DNA from: Phoronis australis
Taxonomy: Eukaryota > Animalia > Phoronida
Assembly: GCA_002633005.1 (NCBI GenBank)
Contig: NMRA01000056.1
Coordinates: 629,165 to 693,164 of the forward strand
Length of the DNA stretch: 64,000 bases
Direction: 5' to 3'
This document shows, piece after piece, positions 1-13,738 of the stretch. The stretch's first letter is position 1. Every line of letters starts with the position of its first letter. The translations under genes and the position numbers were made by a program. The notes under the pieces are model-generated. The model worked only from the letters and a program-made list of their open reading frames with translations. It searched no databases and was not told where the DNA came from.

Positions 1-144
1 AAATGCTACTGAAATAATTCTAAAAGAAGTGAACTCGACTCTGATAAAAAACAAATGACTATAGATCAACCTGTGTATAAAGCCCAATTTAGTTGACAAA
101 GCAAACGGTCGAATGAATCACTACAGGCGTTAATAAAGACTCAC

Positions 145-405
145 TGTACGACTGACATGGCTAACTCCGCTTAACTGTCTTGACCCTTTATATCCGCTCC
201 TGTGAACGGCGGTGCTTGTAAGACTACCTTTCGATTTCAAATGTAAACCCAGTGGCTGCGGATCGTCTATCACCACCTGTGCGGATATACTTCCACGGGG
301 CTGTTTGTGTGTATGGAATGTGTCTTCTTCCTGGTTTTGAAGTACCGGTATTCTTTCTTGACTTTGGGGGACATTAGGAGTGTAAACACTCGTTGTACTT
401 GCCAT
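145..405 (-). CDS. Candidate first coding exon of an unidentified gene continuing left of the window
   Basis: ATG in ACAATGG context, 87 open codons ending at ACA|GTGAGT donor; no recognisable domain. Confidence 0.35.
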
Positions 406-513
406 TGTCGCTTGTAATTTTTATTTCTCTTGTGGATTCGAAACTAAAATATATTTCGTTTCCCAACTCATTTTACAGCATTTTGAATACCTGTTGCCTA
501 TAGGGTGATCACA

Positions 514-531
514 TGACGTCAGATGACGTCA
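514..531. promoter_or_regulatory. Two tandem perfect CRE sites (TGACGTCA)
   Basis: TGACGTCA at 514-521 and 524-531, about 110 bp upstream of the candidate ATG at 405. Confidence 0.35.
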
Positions 532-1304
532 CTAAAGTATGACATGTGCAACAAATTAAGAGCACCAATGCTGACGACGACCAGTGCAGTACCATAAGCT
601 TGCCTTAACCGCCACAGCGACGGTTCTACGTTTTTGCTGACGGTGGAGGGCGTACTCACGTTTTGCGCTGGCGACATGTTTTTTATTCTAGTTATATGAC
701 TCGAGGATGTTTAATCTCCTGAAATTCTCACCGTAGATCAGTGCCTCTGTGAAAACGTGAGGCTATTCTTATCCACACATGGTCTGGAACCACTGTAATT
801 CCGTGCACTGTGCAACCTGTCACTACATGTGTGGCAAGACGTTTTTACGACAATTTAATCCTTTAACGACTCTAATCTAATGACTGGGTTACTAGAGGAT
901 AACAGCCATTGCCCCACCCAGTGGTTGTTTTTTACAATTACAGCACCATACAGCGTCATCTTTGAAAACCACTTTTCTGCCTTGGTATTAATTAGTTTTT
1001 AATACTGCGAATTAGCGTAACCTTTTTTTAAAAAGAACGTGGATATGAGTCAATAGACCCAAAGGACCTCAAGTATATGGGTTCTTTGGAGAACCCGCTA
1101 TGTAGTGTTAGAATTTTCGATTTTGGGAGAGTCATTTTAACGTCAGTGTACGATTTCTTCTACTGCCTCAGTACGTTACGCGGTTATAAGTAATTAGTCT
1201 AAACAGATAACTGCAAACCAACATCAATAAATCAACAGTTGAAATATGTGCATATTCATGCACAATAAGCTTGATCCCGGCGCTAACATTGTTTTGGTAA
1301 CACA

Positions 1305-1704
1305 TACCGGGATTTTCTGTAGATAAGCCCACCCGATGAAATGCCCACGTGTGTTTATTCGGAAAATTATGCCGAATAAACGCCCATAGGCGTTTATTTA
1401 GTGTTACAACTTCTGGCTTCAAGTGTCCAGATTGTGGGGCTTTTATTCGGAAAATGTCCTCTTAAAAGCTCACTTAGCGTCAACTTTTAGCCACAAATTT
1501 AGTTTTGTGGGGCATTTTAGTCTAATTCAGAATAAAAACGAACACTAGATTTTGTCGAACTATGCATTCATTAACTTTTACGTTATTAAAAACAGTTTTA
1601 TGCAAAAAAAATTGTTGATATTTTCATATTTGGTGATCAGGAAATGCCTGAAAATTGTCATTTTCCGAATACACGCCAAGGGCTTATCTACGAAAACCCC
1701 GATA
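1305..1704. mobile_element. MITE with imperfect terminal inverted repeats, Tc1/mariner-pogo-like
   Basis: taccgggattttctgtagataagccc ... gggcttatctacgaaaaccccgata, TA at both ends. Confidence 0.5.
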
Positions 1705-2812
1705 TTAGTTTTGATCTTGTGTTAGAATCTGAATGCAGCGGGTATTCTTGAAAACAAAGTATTGCGTGATTGTGACTCATCTTAGCCCGCGTTCAACAAT
1801 CACAGTGTTTCAATGAAAAATTTTTATGCGGCTATGACGCGGGGCACGCTCCTACAATCTGGTTTTGGAGTACTTTCAGAAACTAATCCACGTGGTGACG
1901 CTGCGACCAAGTCAGAAACATGCCGTCTGTTGGCCATGACTCGCAGACGGAGATAAGCCCTACGAGTGGTAGTCTGAAAGATAATCTAGTGTTTTTTGTT
2001 GTAAGTCCAAGAGTTTGCTGAATGCATTTGTCACCAATTTTTACTCTATGTTTGTCAGTTTAGTCGTGCCGCTTTACACAATAATTATAACGTTATTTGT
2101 GCAACAAATTTGAATGCCGTGATTAACTTGAACGCCGGCCCGGAAGCCCATAATGCGCAAACGATCTGCATAACAAACCGATACAACACTCAGACCATTT
2201 TTTTACGCAGGCTTCACGAACACGAATCCTAAAAGCAAGTTTAATCTGCTCACGACATTCCAGTAGGACTAAACAACAGCTACACGCTCGTGGACCACCG
2301 GGAGCGACCGAAGTCCGAGTGCATATCGGCAGTAATTGACAGCTAATAATTTGGGGTCGGAAACAATGCAAGCACCGGAATAATAAAATTATAATCTGGG
2401 AGCTAAACTCAATTTTTGGTTCCTTGTAGCCTAAACACAACTGCGAAAGAGGTTTCATCTACATCGATAGTACGTTACATGCCTTCTTCCATTGATCACA
2501 GCAATTGTCTGAAAAATCCGTAGTGAAACGCAACACTGACTTAGCTAGACCCTACTAGACTTCGTCGCAGGTGGCGCCGGTGCACACCCTTCGCTTTGGC
2601 CCTCCCCGGGCACCACAAATATGCCTACTGTCCACAAGTTTTACTGAATTCCTCCTCGTAGTCTTTCACAAAGGACTGCTGAGCAAACCAAAATGATGTT
2701 GACATGGATTTTCACTTGGCGTTTCAAAAACCGGAAAGACATATCAGTTTACACATTGGTGGAAATATATGGCAATCTTCCACCAGCATTACGAGGACCA
2801 TACGGGAGACCA

Positions 2813-2933
2813 AGTGCAATATGTATGACTGCACCCTCGGCCGGTGACGACACAGTGCAATATGTATGACTGTACTCCTGCCCGGTGACGACTCAGTGCA
2901 ATATGTATGACTGTACCCTCGGCCGGTGACGAC
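2813..2933 (+). repeat. Minisatellite, 3 x 41 bp
   Basis: agtgcaatatgtatgactg...ccggtgacgac units starting at 2813, 2854, 2895. Confidence 0.9.
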
Positions 2934-3084
2934 CTTAAAATTGGAACAAACATTTTTTTCGTTTTCTATACTCTTCAGTGACCATGTTAACTTGGGCAAA
3001 CAAGTGTGTGTATATTTGTTGTAAACTACAGAGACCAAATCATTCAGGCGATTTCTGTAATGATAATGATAATGAGTCATTTTA

Positions 3085-3246
3085 CAGAGGCGTATCCAGG
3101 ATTTTTTAAAAGGGGGTCATATCAAGGACTTTTTTAAAAGGGGGTCCAAGTCAACAATTCGAAAATTTCAGATTTGATAGCACTAAAATCAAGGGAAAAG
3201 GGGGGCATAGACCCCTGGACCTCCTCCCCCCATGGATACGCCTATG
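3085..3246. mobile_element. hAT-type MITE
   Basis: TIR cagaggcgtatcca / tggatacgcctatg; flanks tttta / ttttg. Confidence 0.65.
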
Positions 3247-4751
3247 TTTTGTGTCAAAAATATAAAGTTGTTCGTGATTGAAAGTGTTACACGTGTTTAG
3301 CCCATAGGTATCCATACCTGAGATAATGCTTTTTCTAATAAAATTGTTTCGCATATAGTCACACGCGCCTAAATTTCGCTTATTTGCGCAGGTGGATGTT
3401 CTTTGTACAGATACATGCCTTGATGTGTAAACAGACACACGCGTTGTCTTCGAACTGAAACAGTCCCGAAAAGCGTTATATGCTTGATTGACTAAAACCG
3501 TATAACTTAACTTACCCAGTAAAGCCACCGAAGTTTTCCAATCCACCGTATATGCGCGTATTTAGGCATCTGTACCAATATACTAAGATGCGCCTGTATA
3601 ATCCTGCTTGAAAATTGATGATCCTGGTGTAGACCTACCGCATTTATTTTTTTTTAATATTGTCGACCACTAGGCTCGTGCAGCGTCGTGCAGAGTCTTG
3701 TGAATGTCAGCAGGATGCTAAGCAGGGAAGAGTTCAATAACGTTAGGACCTCGCTAAAAAGAAAGACTTCGCGAGATTGCAAGAATTATTGCCGTGTATT
3801 TTCAATGAGAGCACGTGATCTTGGCTAGCTCTTTCTCGCCGCGAGACAGCTATTGAACTCTACGTAGGTCTTCAGTATTACCACCGAAGGCGCAGAAAGA
3901 AGTTCAAAACATGTAGGTGATGTTCATGTTTTATTGTTTTCTTGCATTTACAGGGTGACTTAAAACACCGAGCCCTTAAAGTTGTGCATTAAATTCAAAT
4001 TGAACTGTAAACAACAAAATACCAATGCTACGTAACTCGTACTGTTGAAGCTTTGGGGAAAGAAACCCCATTGAATGAAGTGTAAGTTTATTATATTTTC
4101 AAAAAAACAAATGGATAACATGTAGGGTTACATAAAACTTCCATGGGTCAGGCGTTTTAGCCACCTTGTATCTTAGTTTCGTTTCACAGGTCCACTATTT
4201 CATTAACAACCAAACAGCCAAACAGATGGGCAAACTCGTTAATCAGCAATTGAATCCCTCATCTTCGTGTAACTCCTTCGCAAGTGGAATGTAACTCTTT
4301 GGGTTCGTTGGTGAATATGTCTCCACTAGAATTTGAAATCGCTTCCTTTGTTTCTCTCCCATCTCGTTCATTCGTAACAACGAGAAGTCTTTGTTGAACG
4401 TCGCCACATATTGTCTAAGGTTTTCATAGAATGTTGCCTTGCATTGGAGAGCCTGGAAGTAGACAATTTCGTTTAGTAGTTCTCAGCCTACCCTGGCCAT
4501 CTGAGAGAATAGTCTACAGAAGCTCACGAGAAACTAAGGGGAATTTAGGTAGGGAAACGACCATGTTTCAATAGGGCTGTCCCGAATTACACAGCGACAC
4601 ACGAATCTCGCTGTATTTCCCGCAATGCCGTAAACATCCGTCAGGCACGTTTGCTGCCTCCTTTTTATTTCATTGGAGTTTCTCGTTTATTTGTTGTTGT
4701 CCGATGCTTCGCAAAGTTTTTCCCAGTTCCATTACTCTTTTCGTCCTTCCA

Positions 4752-4960
4752 ATGCCAACAAAGTGTTACTGCTTTGCTGTGGGCTGCAACTCCGACGTGA
4801 GAAAGCTTGATAAACTGGACAAATACGCGTGAGTGCGTCATGTGAAGTTCTTCGCCTTCCCGACACCAATGAGAGACACGAAAATGTGTCTGATTACCAA
4901 AACCAGGCCACGAGCTTTCTATCTCCTTGACAAAGGAAATTTCTATCACCTTGTAATCCG
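4752..4960 (+). pseudogene. THAP zinc-finger remnant, probably transposon-derived
   Basis: MPTKCYCFAVGCNSDVRKLDKLDKYA*VRHVKFFAFP: C-x4-C-N and F-x2-F-P THAP pattern with an internal stop. Confidence 0.55.
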
Positions 4961-5630
4961 GGACCGCCCTATTTGACCAACGCTTTAAAAAAGAAAGTAG
5001 CTATAAAGCATTGTTGATCACTGGAAACACGAAGAATGGAAAATATTTTTGACACTGGGAGATTCCGGTCCCACACAGTGCTAATTGGCTCAAGCAGAGG
5101 CAAACTTCAAACTCACAGTACAGTCAGCGTCAGTGAAACCTCTGGTTGAAGTCATCAATGAACTCCATTCGTTCATGTTGTTTTGCGTAATTAGGAAAAC
5201 GAACCCGGCGTATTAGAAAACCAAAATAAAAAACGAAACAGTGTTGTGTTCAAATAAGGCACTGTGTGGAGTTTTATCCGTCAAGACGACTATGTGGAGG
5301 TCGTCTCTCGAATTCAGCCTGCTAGGCCGGTCTAATCTGACTCGAAATCGAACTCGAAATTACTTTTGGTGTATCCGGTTCTCGTTTTGTGAGAACTCAA
5401 TGTAGGTGTCTATTATTCTGTCTTCAATGTCAAAAAAAATCGGCATCGTTTTCGAATAACAGATTAGAAGCGTCACTTGAATCTCGCACTATTTACCCAC
5501 AACGCTGCTATGCATCCGTAAAGCATACTTATAACCTTGTTTTCGTGCCATTGGAGTTTCTCAATGTTATTTATTGGCTTCTTACTTTTTAGAAAGTTTT
5601 ATCGTCTCCATTACTGTCTTAAACCTTCCA

Positions 5631-5800
5631 ATGTCAGCGACGTTTGACTGCTGTGCTGTGGGATGCAACCCCGACGGTAGAAAGTTGGGTGAACTCGACT
5701 ACTATCCGAGTGATGTTTTCCGACATGATCCCCAGAATCAGCGGTTGACATTTCCTAAACGAGGTCAACGAAACAAAGTGTGTTCCTACCTCTGGGACAA
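5631..5800 (+). pseudogene. Second THAP remnant, paralogous to 4752
   Basis: MSATFDCCAVGCNPDGRKLGELDYYP...NKVCS; same ccttccaATG start context as 4752. Confidence 0.5.
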
Positions 5801-8800
5801 AGTAAAGTTCTATTCGGGATCGTTTTGTTATTCTGGGATTTCTGACTTCCCAAACACAAAACTCTCAAATATGCCTACACGAGACCCCGGAGCTCCTCTG
5901 ACCACCCCAACCGAGACCATAAAAATCACGTCAGACGGTAGGATGATCGCTGTAATTGCAGCTAAACTGTACAAATAGCGCTTGTTATATTATTGCAAAT
6001 GCAATTGAACTGTACAAATAGCGCTTGCAATATTATTATATATGCCCTGCACAAGTAACATTGGCCAAATTGCTGCCATTGAAGTTCAACATACTAACAT
6101 CAGTTTCTATATTTTTGCTGCTGTAGCCGAACTGCACAAATAACATTTACTGTAATGCCGCAATTGTATTTGACTTACACAGTTAACACTGGCTATATCA
6201 GTTGCAATGAGCTACTTTCAAGTAAAGAGTGGTCACGTGATATACTAGTGGCTCCCAGAGAATGCGGCGGCAATAAAAACGCGTATTGTGCGAAAGGGCC
6301 TTTTCACGATGACAATACGTTCCCCTGTGCCAAACACTGCGAAGAAGACGTATCTCCTGGTGCACACAGATGGCGATAAAAGTCACCGATCCCACGTGAT
6401 CACCCCCCCCCCCCTAATTGCTTCCTGTAAGTCTCCCATCGTAGCTGAACTGGTCAAATGACACCGAGTGGCTAATATTGCCAGTCACCTTCTTCCTCAA
6501 ATCTTGATGGTATTTCCACGATTCTTCCTTGGTTAGTGTCTGGTATTTAGGCTCATACGGAACTACCGGCTTTGGGGGTCTCCACGAGAAGAAATTATGC
6601 ATGTTTTTCTCCGTGGGCTGGTGGTACCGCGATGCCTTGGTAAAAGACATCGGCATTGGCCCCAAACCTGTAAAATATATGTGGGTCACAACGGAATGTG
6701 GATTGAATTTCTTTCATGCACAGAATTTATGCAATGGGCATAAGAAGACTCCCAAAACTGACCGAAATAAAAATACACTTGTGCAATTTTTATTAGAAAA
6801 CCGCGGATTCTTACGTTCAGTCTTCTTTCGCCGTTTATTCTGTGGTTTCTGTAAAATAATTATGTCACGTTTTATTTTCAAATAAGATTGCCAATACAAC
6901 ATACACAGTACCAAAAAACATTCAAATTAGTGGAAAAGTCGTACAGTCTAATACGTGAATAATTTTGAGCAGAATAATTTGCAAAAAAGTATAGAATTTT
7001 TGCTGCAGTTAAATGCATGCATGTCTGTTTGTTTTTGTGCATATCGCGGTATCTTGGTGAGCTTGATCAGTATTTGACATATAATCAATCCTAGCAGGAA
7101 TTATTGTTGCACTATAGCTAGTAGCGTGAGCGAGTAAGAAGAATCATCTCAAAACCATCAAATGTACCTAGGGAACAATTTACATTGTATTTTCTCCAAC
7201 TTCTATGCAGTAGCAATTCAGTTCTCAAGAACCAAGAATTTCATCTCATCGTCTGAACATTAAACCCGGGAGTACTGGCAGAGTTGGATAACCATCTGTT
7301 GGATAGACAGCATGGTAAAGCTACGCTTTTAGAATGTTAGTCTGATTAAAAGGAACACATTTGTTGGGAGCACCTATGAAAAGTAACAATTTCCACCATG
7401 TTTCCTATAATGTATTTTTTATAGACGGTTGCAACCCTACAACACAACTATTTGCTGAATTAAAATTGAAATAAAATAAACAACTCCTTGGATTGAAGTC
7501 ATTTTAATACTACAACTCTAAAAAAAACTTGCAATCCTTTTGTATAGTTGATGCAAAAATGGACCCTTAGAATTCCCCTAACCCATAAAATAAGCTCTTT
7601 TGACTTAAATTAATTGCGAAAGGTACCTCTCCAGTGGAAAACGGCATGTCTCGCACATGACTCCCATGTAAACCCAAATACTACCCGCGGAAAGCGAAAA
7701 ATGATAACTTCTTAAAAACTCAAGCATTACAGCCACAATAAGGTTCCACACTAACAAACAGTAAAGATTTGCTTCTACTGAGCATAACTTGTATCCCTTA
7801 CAACTTGTCCTAATAACGTTTGCAACAAAATGTAGGCATCTTACATCCTCCCTTAACCCCGTCCACTCTTCCAAAAATTGTTCATCGTAAAAAAGACAAC
7901 ACGCGAAGAATATACTAACATTTTTCTGTGTTGGAGACTGGCTCGTCTTTCTATTTTGTTTCGACGACAGCTTCTTTGCTAGCTCTTCGTACTCCGGAAT
8001 TATCATGGGTCCGTAAACGTAAGGTGATCGGGTGATGTCACTCTTATTCTCAGATCGAACCCTCAAGCACTCCTTCACCACCTTTCTATCGGAATTAAGT
8101 CTTGCCACGTTCCATACTGCCCTGCCAGACCTCAGCTGAACTTGAATGGAGAAGGGAAGGTAATTCCTGCTCTTCCAGTTCAGATAGAGGTCGTTCATCT
8201 CATCTATCGATGTTCTCTTGTTCTTTCTTTTGTCGGCAGGTGCCTTTACTATGACAGCTGCAATAGTGCAAGACATCGTGACAGCAAACCTTCATTGAAG
8301 TGACTGATACTCCTGCAGCCCGTTTTCTCAAAGGTCGTACTACCAGTCGTAGCTAAGTCCATTGTATCTTAAAATTTTACATGTGCATGCTCGTTACAAT
8401 GGACTAGATGGTGAAGATGGTTATGCTCCACTTATTTAGCACAAAATATATTGAATATCTTTCCCTAATAGTTGGACATTGCCAAATAAACTGGATACGC
8501 AGACTTCATAGTTGACGTGTATGCCAAATTAACTGAGTAACCAAACATCGCCAACTTCCCGTGTGTGAATTTAAAGAAATGCGGCCTACTGGTTGCCAAC
8601 AAGATCCTGTTAAAAGTAATTAAGTTATTTTTTCCTGTTCTAATATCAACGTACTTTATTCCATCCTTGATGAAACACCCTTGAGCATACTCTGAGACAC
8701 TCTTCTAGGTCATCCATTTCACCTCATGTTTTCAACAGTATAAGATATCCCGTATGAATGAATGGATGAAGTGGTGAACATACACTGTTTAGATCTTATC

Positions 8801-10999
8801 AACGCAATTAAAGAGGAGCACCTTACTTGGATTAACATCAGCGCTTTTACTTGATATTCTCCGAAGTGCAAAGCAGACCGCGTGCGAATTAGATGAGGCA
8901 ATAAAATCCCACGAAGTAGCCTCGTGCGAAATAATTTTGCGTGTGTGAAATAAGCTAAGTGTGCGAAATGACTAGAAAATTGCCGTAATTCACTATAGTG
9001 TGAATTCAGTCTACGTTCGAATTTACATTTCGTTAGATGGCTGTAAATTATTATGATAAAACGCAACGTCGTGTTCGCAATTGCGCGCCTATGACCATCT
9101 TAGTTACAACCGGGTCTGCGACCTTTCATGAAGCGAGCCTCGGACTATTTCCTCTTTTATAGCACTCTATGTTCAAAAACATGATATACAATAATCTGCA
9201 AGGACTGCTACACAAACATTTTGATCCTCGTTATAGTCTAATTACGAATGAGCGTTCCACTGTTGCTGTAGGTGCCAATAAGGTTTAGTCTCGATAGACA
9301 ATTATCTGTCAAACATAACGTCCAAGAAACCCTGTGAACAGATTTCACGTGCCCCGTAAACTTCATTTAAATTAGTAATGTCTTGGGTATGACTTCAGTT
9401 TAATATTCACTATAACGAATTGAAATTTCACCTAGCTTATTTATGAGAAAACAGTTATAACTGAATGAATAGTCAAATACTTCTGTTACGGTTTGCAATC
9501 AATAAATGCAACCCTAAAGCGGTCGGAATACGTGAATATACGAAACAAAGTCATCCTGAGAATCCTCCTTGACGGCTGGGAGTGCGTTCGTTTGTTCTGA
9601 AAGAGTTACTATAACTAGTATATGTAGTTTATTTTGAAGGTTTCTGTGCCCGGTTGGTGCTTCGAATATCTAATCTCACTCAAAATTTCAACAACGTTCT
9701 GTGGGTGAGCTGTTTAGGGGCTTTTGGCGGGCCCTAGCCTCACTGTAGTGTAATCTGACGCATGTAATTTAGTGATTGGTGGCTTGCATTGAATCGTGTC
9801 TAATTTTTAATTACCTCGAATGTTTGACCTAACTCAATTTTGAAGTGGGCTTCTCGAGGTCCTTTCCAGGGTGTAATTCTTGTGTTCTTGGCACATACAG
9901 TGGTCAGTGTGTCACAATTCGTAATTCTAAGTCAGTTCAGTACTCCAAGTATTTAATCTAGCTTACGTCTTCAACTGTTACAGCATTCCATGGGTGATAT
10001 ATTGGGGGTTTCTGACGAGCCTAAACCAGGGTGTATTTTGTATGACATAAACTATGCTACTTAGTGACCAGAGGAGTGTCCGTATAATATGAAATTATTT
10101 TTGTGGTTCCTCAAATGTTTGCGCTAGCTCAATTTTGAGGGGTCGGTTTGGGGTCTGGTTACTGCGCCCCAGTGGTCAGATGTTGTTACCTCTACTGGTG
10201 ACTGACGTCTTATGTTTGTTTTCGGCGAACTTATCCGACTAAACTTTTATGCCTTGTCGGTATGCCTAAGATCCCACGAAAACACTGGCCTACAAACTTA
10301 GTGGAAATGCTTTCCATATAGACTAGACTTGTTAAAAACGCTGTTTTCTCTAAACTTGGACGATAAACACGCAACTTTTTCTATAACAAGCGGTACCGTT
10401 GTACTTGTACAAGTTGTAACCTCGTTTTACTGTACTCGTATGAACAACAGAAGCGCGATTTTTAACACTGATGTCCTGTCATTAATATGCACATTCAGTG
10501 TTTACATACGTCGTTTTAAAGTTTTCATGGGGATAAAAATTAATGAAAAACGCTTTGTGACGACGGAAATTTATTTTAAAACCTTAAAGAAAAAGCCGGA
10601 TCCCAGCCCTGTTGAGAGGAGTGCGTTTTAGTTTTGAAAACGTTACTTTTCAACCTTTCAAAAATGTTTCATTCACGTGCCGTTGCCGTTTTCGTTTGTC
10701 GTTTTTGTTATTCACACAAAATCGCTAATACAGCCGCCTAGTATAAACTAAGCGTAGTTAATCGTCTAACTTGACCTCAGCACTTTCGAAAAAGTCGTGT
10801 TTTTGTCGACCACAACAGTAAATCGGCTTTTTGAAAAATCCTTCCCAGAGAGCGTTTTCAAAAAACTGCGCTTTGGTTGCATAGTTGCCAACGTTCGAGA
10901 ACTAAAAAAACAGCACACCCGAGTTGAAAAAGCGGGGCATTATGTGCCAAATGCAAGACTGAAAATCGGTTTCTTTTTGCTCTCGCGAGAAATTCAGTA

Positions 11000-13500
11000 C
11001 TTGCAGCCCAAGTTCGTACATGACCAGACAGCTGACTGTGCAGAGTCAGTCAATGTCCTGGGACTCTGCTGGCACCCAAACACAGATGACGTAACCTATA
11101 CCCAGCCTACACAGATGGTCACAGAGGTAACTAAAAGACAAATTTTGAAAGCATCGTCGCCTCTCTTCGACCCCCTAGGTTTATTGTCACCGTTGCATGT
11201 TAAAGTCAAGATTTTGATTCAACAACTGTGGTTGAACAAAGTCGCATGGGAAGAAATTCTGCCGCCTGAAACAGTGACGTGGGAAATACTTTGAATTGCC
11301 ATCCACCAACGATGTTGAACTGCATGTTTTCATAGACGGAGGCGCTGTGTACCTGCGATGTGATTCACAGACATCCCTAGTCATGTCAAAAACCAGAGTG
11401 AAACCAACCAAAGATGTCACATTACCCCGCTTAGAACTCACGGGTGCATTAAGCGGAGCCCGCCTTGCAACATTTGTGACAAATGCCTTGTCCGTGACGA
11501 AGCTGCGCGTCACCAAAAGTGTACTGTGGACAGACAGCCAAATCGCTCTCCATTGGATGACGTGTGAAAAGAAGCTGCCTGCTTTCGTAGCCAATCGAGT
11601 GAAAGAAATCATACAAGCTCACTTCTCTGACATTAGGCAATGTCCTATCAAAGACAACCCTGCCGACTTACACGAGGAATTTCAACTGCCAAAATACACT
11701 CATGTTCGTTGTGGTAGAGCGGACCATACAGGTTAACCAACGGTGACTGGCCCATCAGACCCTCCACCCAAAGTCTCGTCATGTCTTTCGTGAATGACTC
11801 TTCAAGTAATTTTGAGAGCAACTGGTGCCACCTAACCACAAGTGCCAACACCGAACCACAATTCAGTGCAGTGTCACTGAATACTGCACAACCTGACCAG
11901 TTGAACTTGTCTAGTATTATGGATGTTGCCAAGTACTCAACCTCGAACACGCTGTTTTGAGTAACAGCGTACGTCCTGAAGTTTGTCGACAAACTACACA
12001 AGAAACCGGGAACGACAAATTCCTGTAGACGATATTTGCCTAGTTGAACGCCTATCGATCCAACATATACAAACCTGTCATTAGAAATGTGAGTTAAGAG
12101 TGCTGCAAGGATCGAAGGAAAGTAGCGCCCGTATACGCCAATTGAAACTATTCCTCGATGACCGACAGCTAATCCGCTGTGGAGGAAGACTGCAGAATGC
12201 AAATATCAAGTTTGAATCTAGATATCCCATACTTTTTCCAGCCGATTGCGACTTTACGAGGCTGATAGTTCAATCAGCGCACCATGCAAAGTTACATGCA
12301 GGAGGTCTGTCAACTACAGCGTATATCAACAAACATATTGGATACCACGCATATGCCAAATTGTCAAAGCTGTTATTCGAAAGTGTGGTGCCTGCTTGAA
12401 AGTTAGTGGGACATTTTACAGTGTACCTGTGGAGCCGCCATTACCTAAATCTCGACTAGAAGGAGCGCCACCATTTACCGTTACTGGAGTGGACTTCACA
12501 AGGATACTATACTACAAAAACGCGCAATCGCGACAAAAGAAATGTTACGTCTGTTTGTTCACCTGTGCTGTTACTAGAGCTGTTCACCTGGAGCTTGTGA
12601 CTGACATGTCTACTGAGACATTCATCAATGCCTTCCGCCGTTTCGCCAGCAGACGATCTCTACCTACCAATGTGATATCTTACAATGCTACTACCTTTCA
12701 ATGCGCAGCTGATGACATCAAGACAATTGTGAAGAGTGACAGTGTTCAAACCTACCTAACTGACAAACGTGTTACCTGGACCTTTATCCACCAAACGCGC
12801 CCCGTGGTTTGGAGGATTTTATGAAAGACTAATCGGAATGACCAAGTCAGTAATCAAGAAAGTCCTTGGATGTTTACTTGTGATTGGAGACGACCTGAAC
12901 ACAATACTTACAGAAGTAGAAGCTGTCATCAATAATCGTCCGCTTACTTACGTGACAAGCAATGCCGACGACTTGCTTCCCTTGACACTGTCGCACCTTT
13001 TACATGGGCGAGTGATCAACACTCTACCTCATGAACCATTTGAAGACAGCAAACTTCTGAATCCTGATTTCATAGTTACAACACCCCAATTGAATCGACG
13101 CCTACGACATATGCATGTGCTTCAGTTTTGACAACTTCTGGAAGCGTTGGAGAAACGAATACTTGCCTCTTCTATGGGAAACAGATTCGAGAACAAAACA
13201 ACATGGAAGAACGCTTGACAACTACGTCAAGGTTGGAGATGTTGTATTAGTACACACTGATAAGCGCGTCTCTTGGCCATTAGCTATTGTAAAGGAATTA
13301 CATGACGGAGCTGATGAACTAGTTCGATCTGCAACTATCACTACCAGCAAAGGAAAATCCACAATCAGACCGATCACAAAACTTCATCCATTGGAAGTTA
13401 GGACTACTACAGAAGATCCACGCGAGCCAGTTAACTACATTTAATTTACTTTTCGATCGGTACGTAATGCTGCGAGGAAAGCATTGGATATCATTTAAGC
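11000..13500 (+). mobile_element. BEL/Pao LTR retrotransposon pol remnant (RNase H/peptidase A17, integrase, DUF5641-like tail); frameshifted, 5' truncated
   Basis: TKRQIL..FDPLGLLSP, ELHVF, TLPRLEL, WTDSQIAL, GGRLQ, GVDF, FTCAVTRAVHLELV, APWFGGFYERLI, FWKRWRNEYL, RPITKLHPLE spread over shifted frames. Confidence 0.95.
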
Positions 13501-13690
13501 AATCCACTACATGGAAAAGGTTAAAATTAATCGGAAGCAATGAGTAATGTCGGTAATAAATATATATCACAGTAATAAATATGTATCGCAACCAATCAGA
13601 AACCATGAATAGCGTAAGAACTATCACTATTACAATTCGAGAATTGTAACAGTAATAGACCAGAGTTATGTGCACTCGAAAAGAATGAAA

Positions 13691-13738
13691 GCGCAATGGT
13701 GCGGGCCGAGCGCGCAATGGTGTGGGCCGAGCGCGCAA
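13691..13738 (+). repeat. Short tandem repeat, 21-bp unit (gcgcaatggtgYgggccgagc), about 2.3 copies
   Basis: Directly visible. Confidence 0.8.

Noticed and set aside
4665-4949. 94-aa minus-strand ORF
   Set aside because: Best explained as the antisense shadow of the plus-strand THAP remnant.
10594-10625. Twister ribozyme-like string gccggatcccagccc
   Set aside because: The upstream cleavage-site and pseudoknot partner sequences are absent, and it sits in a cgttttc-rich repeat.
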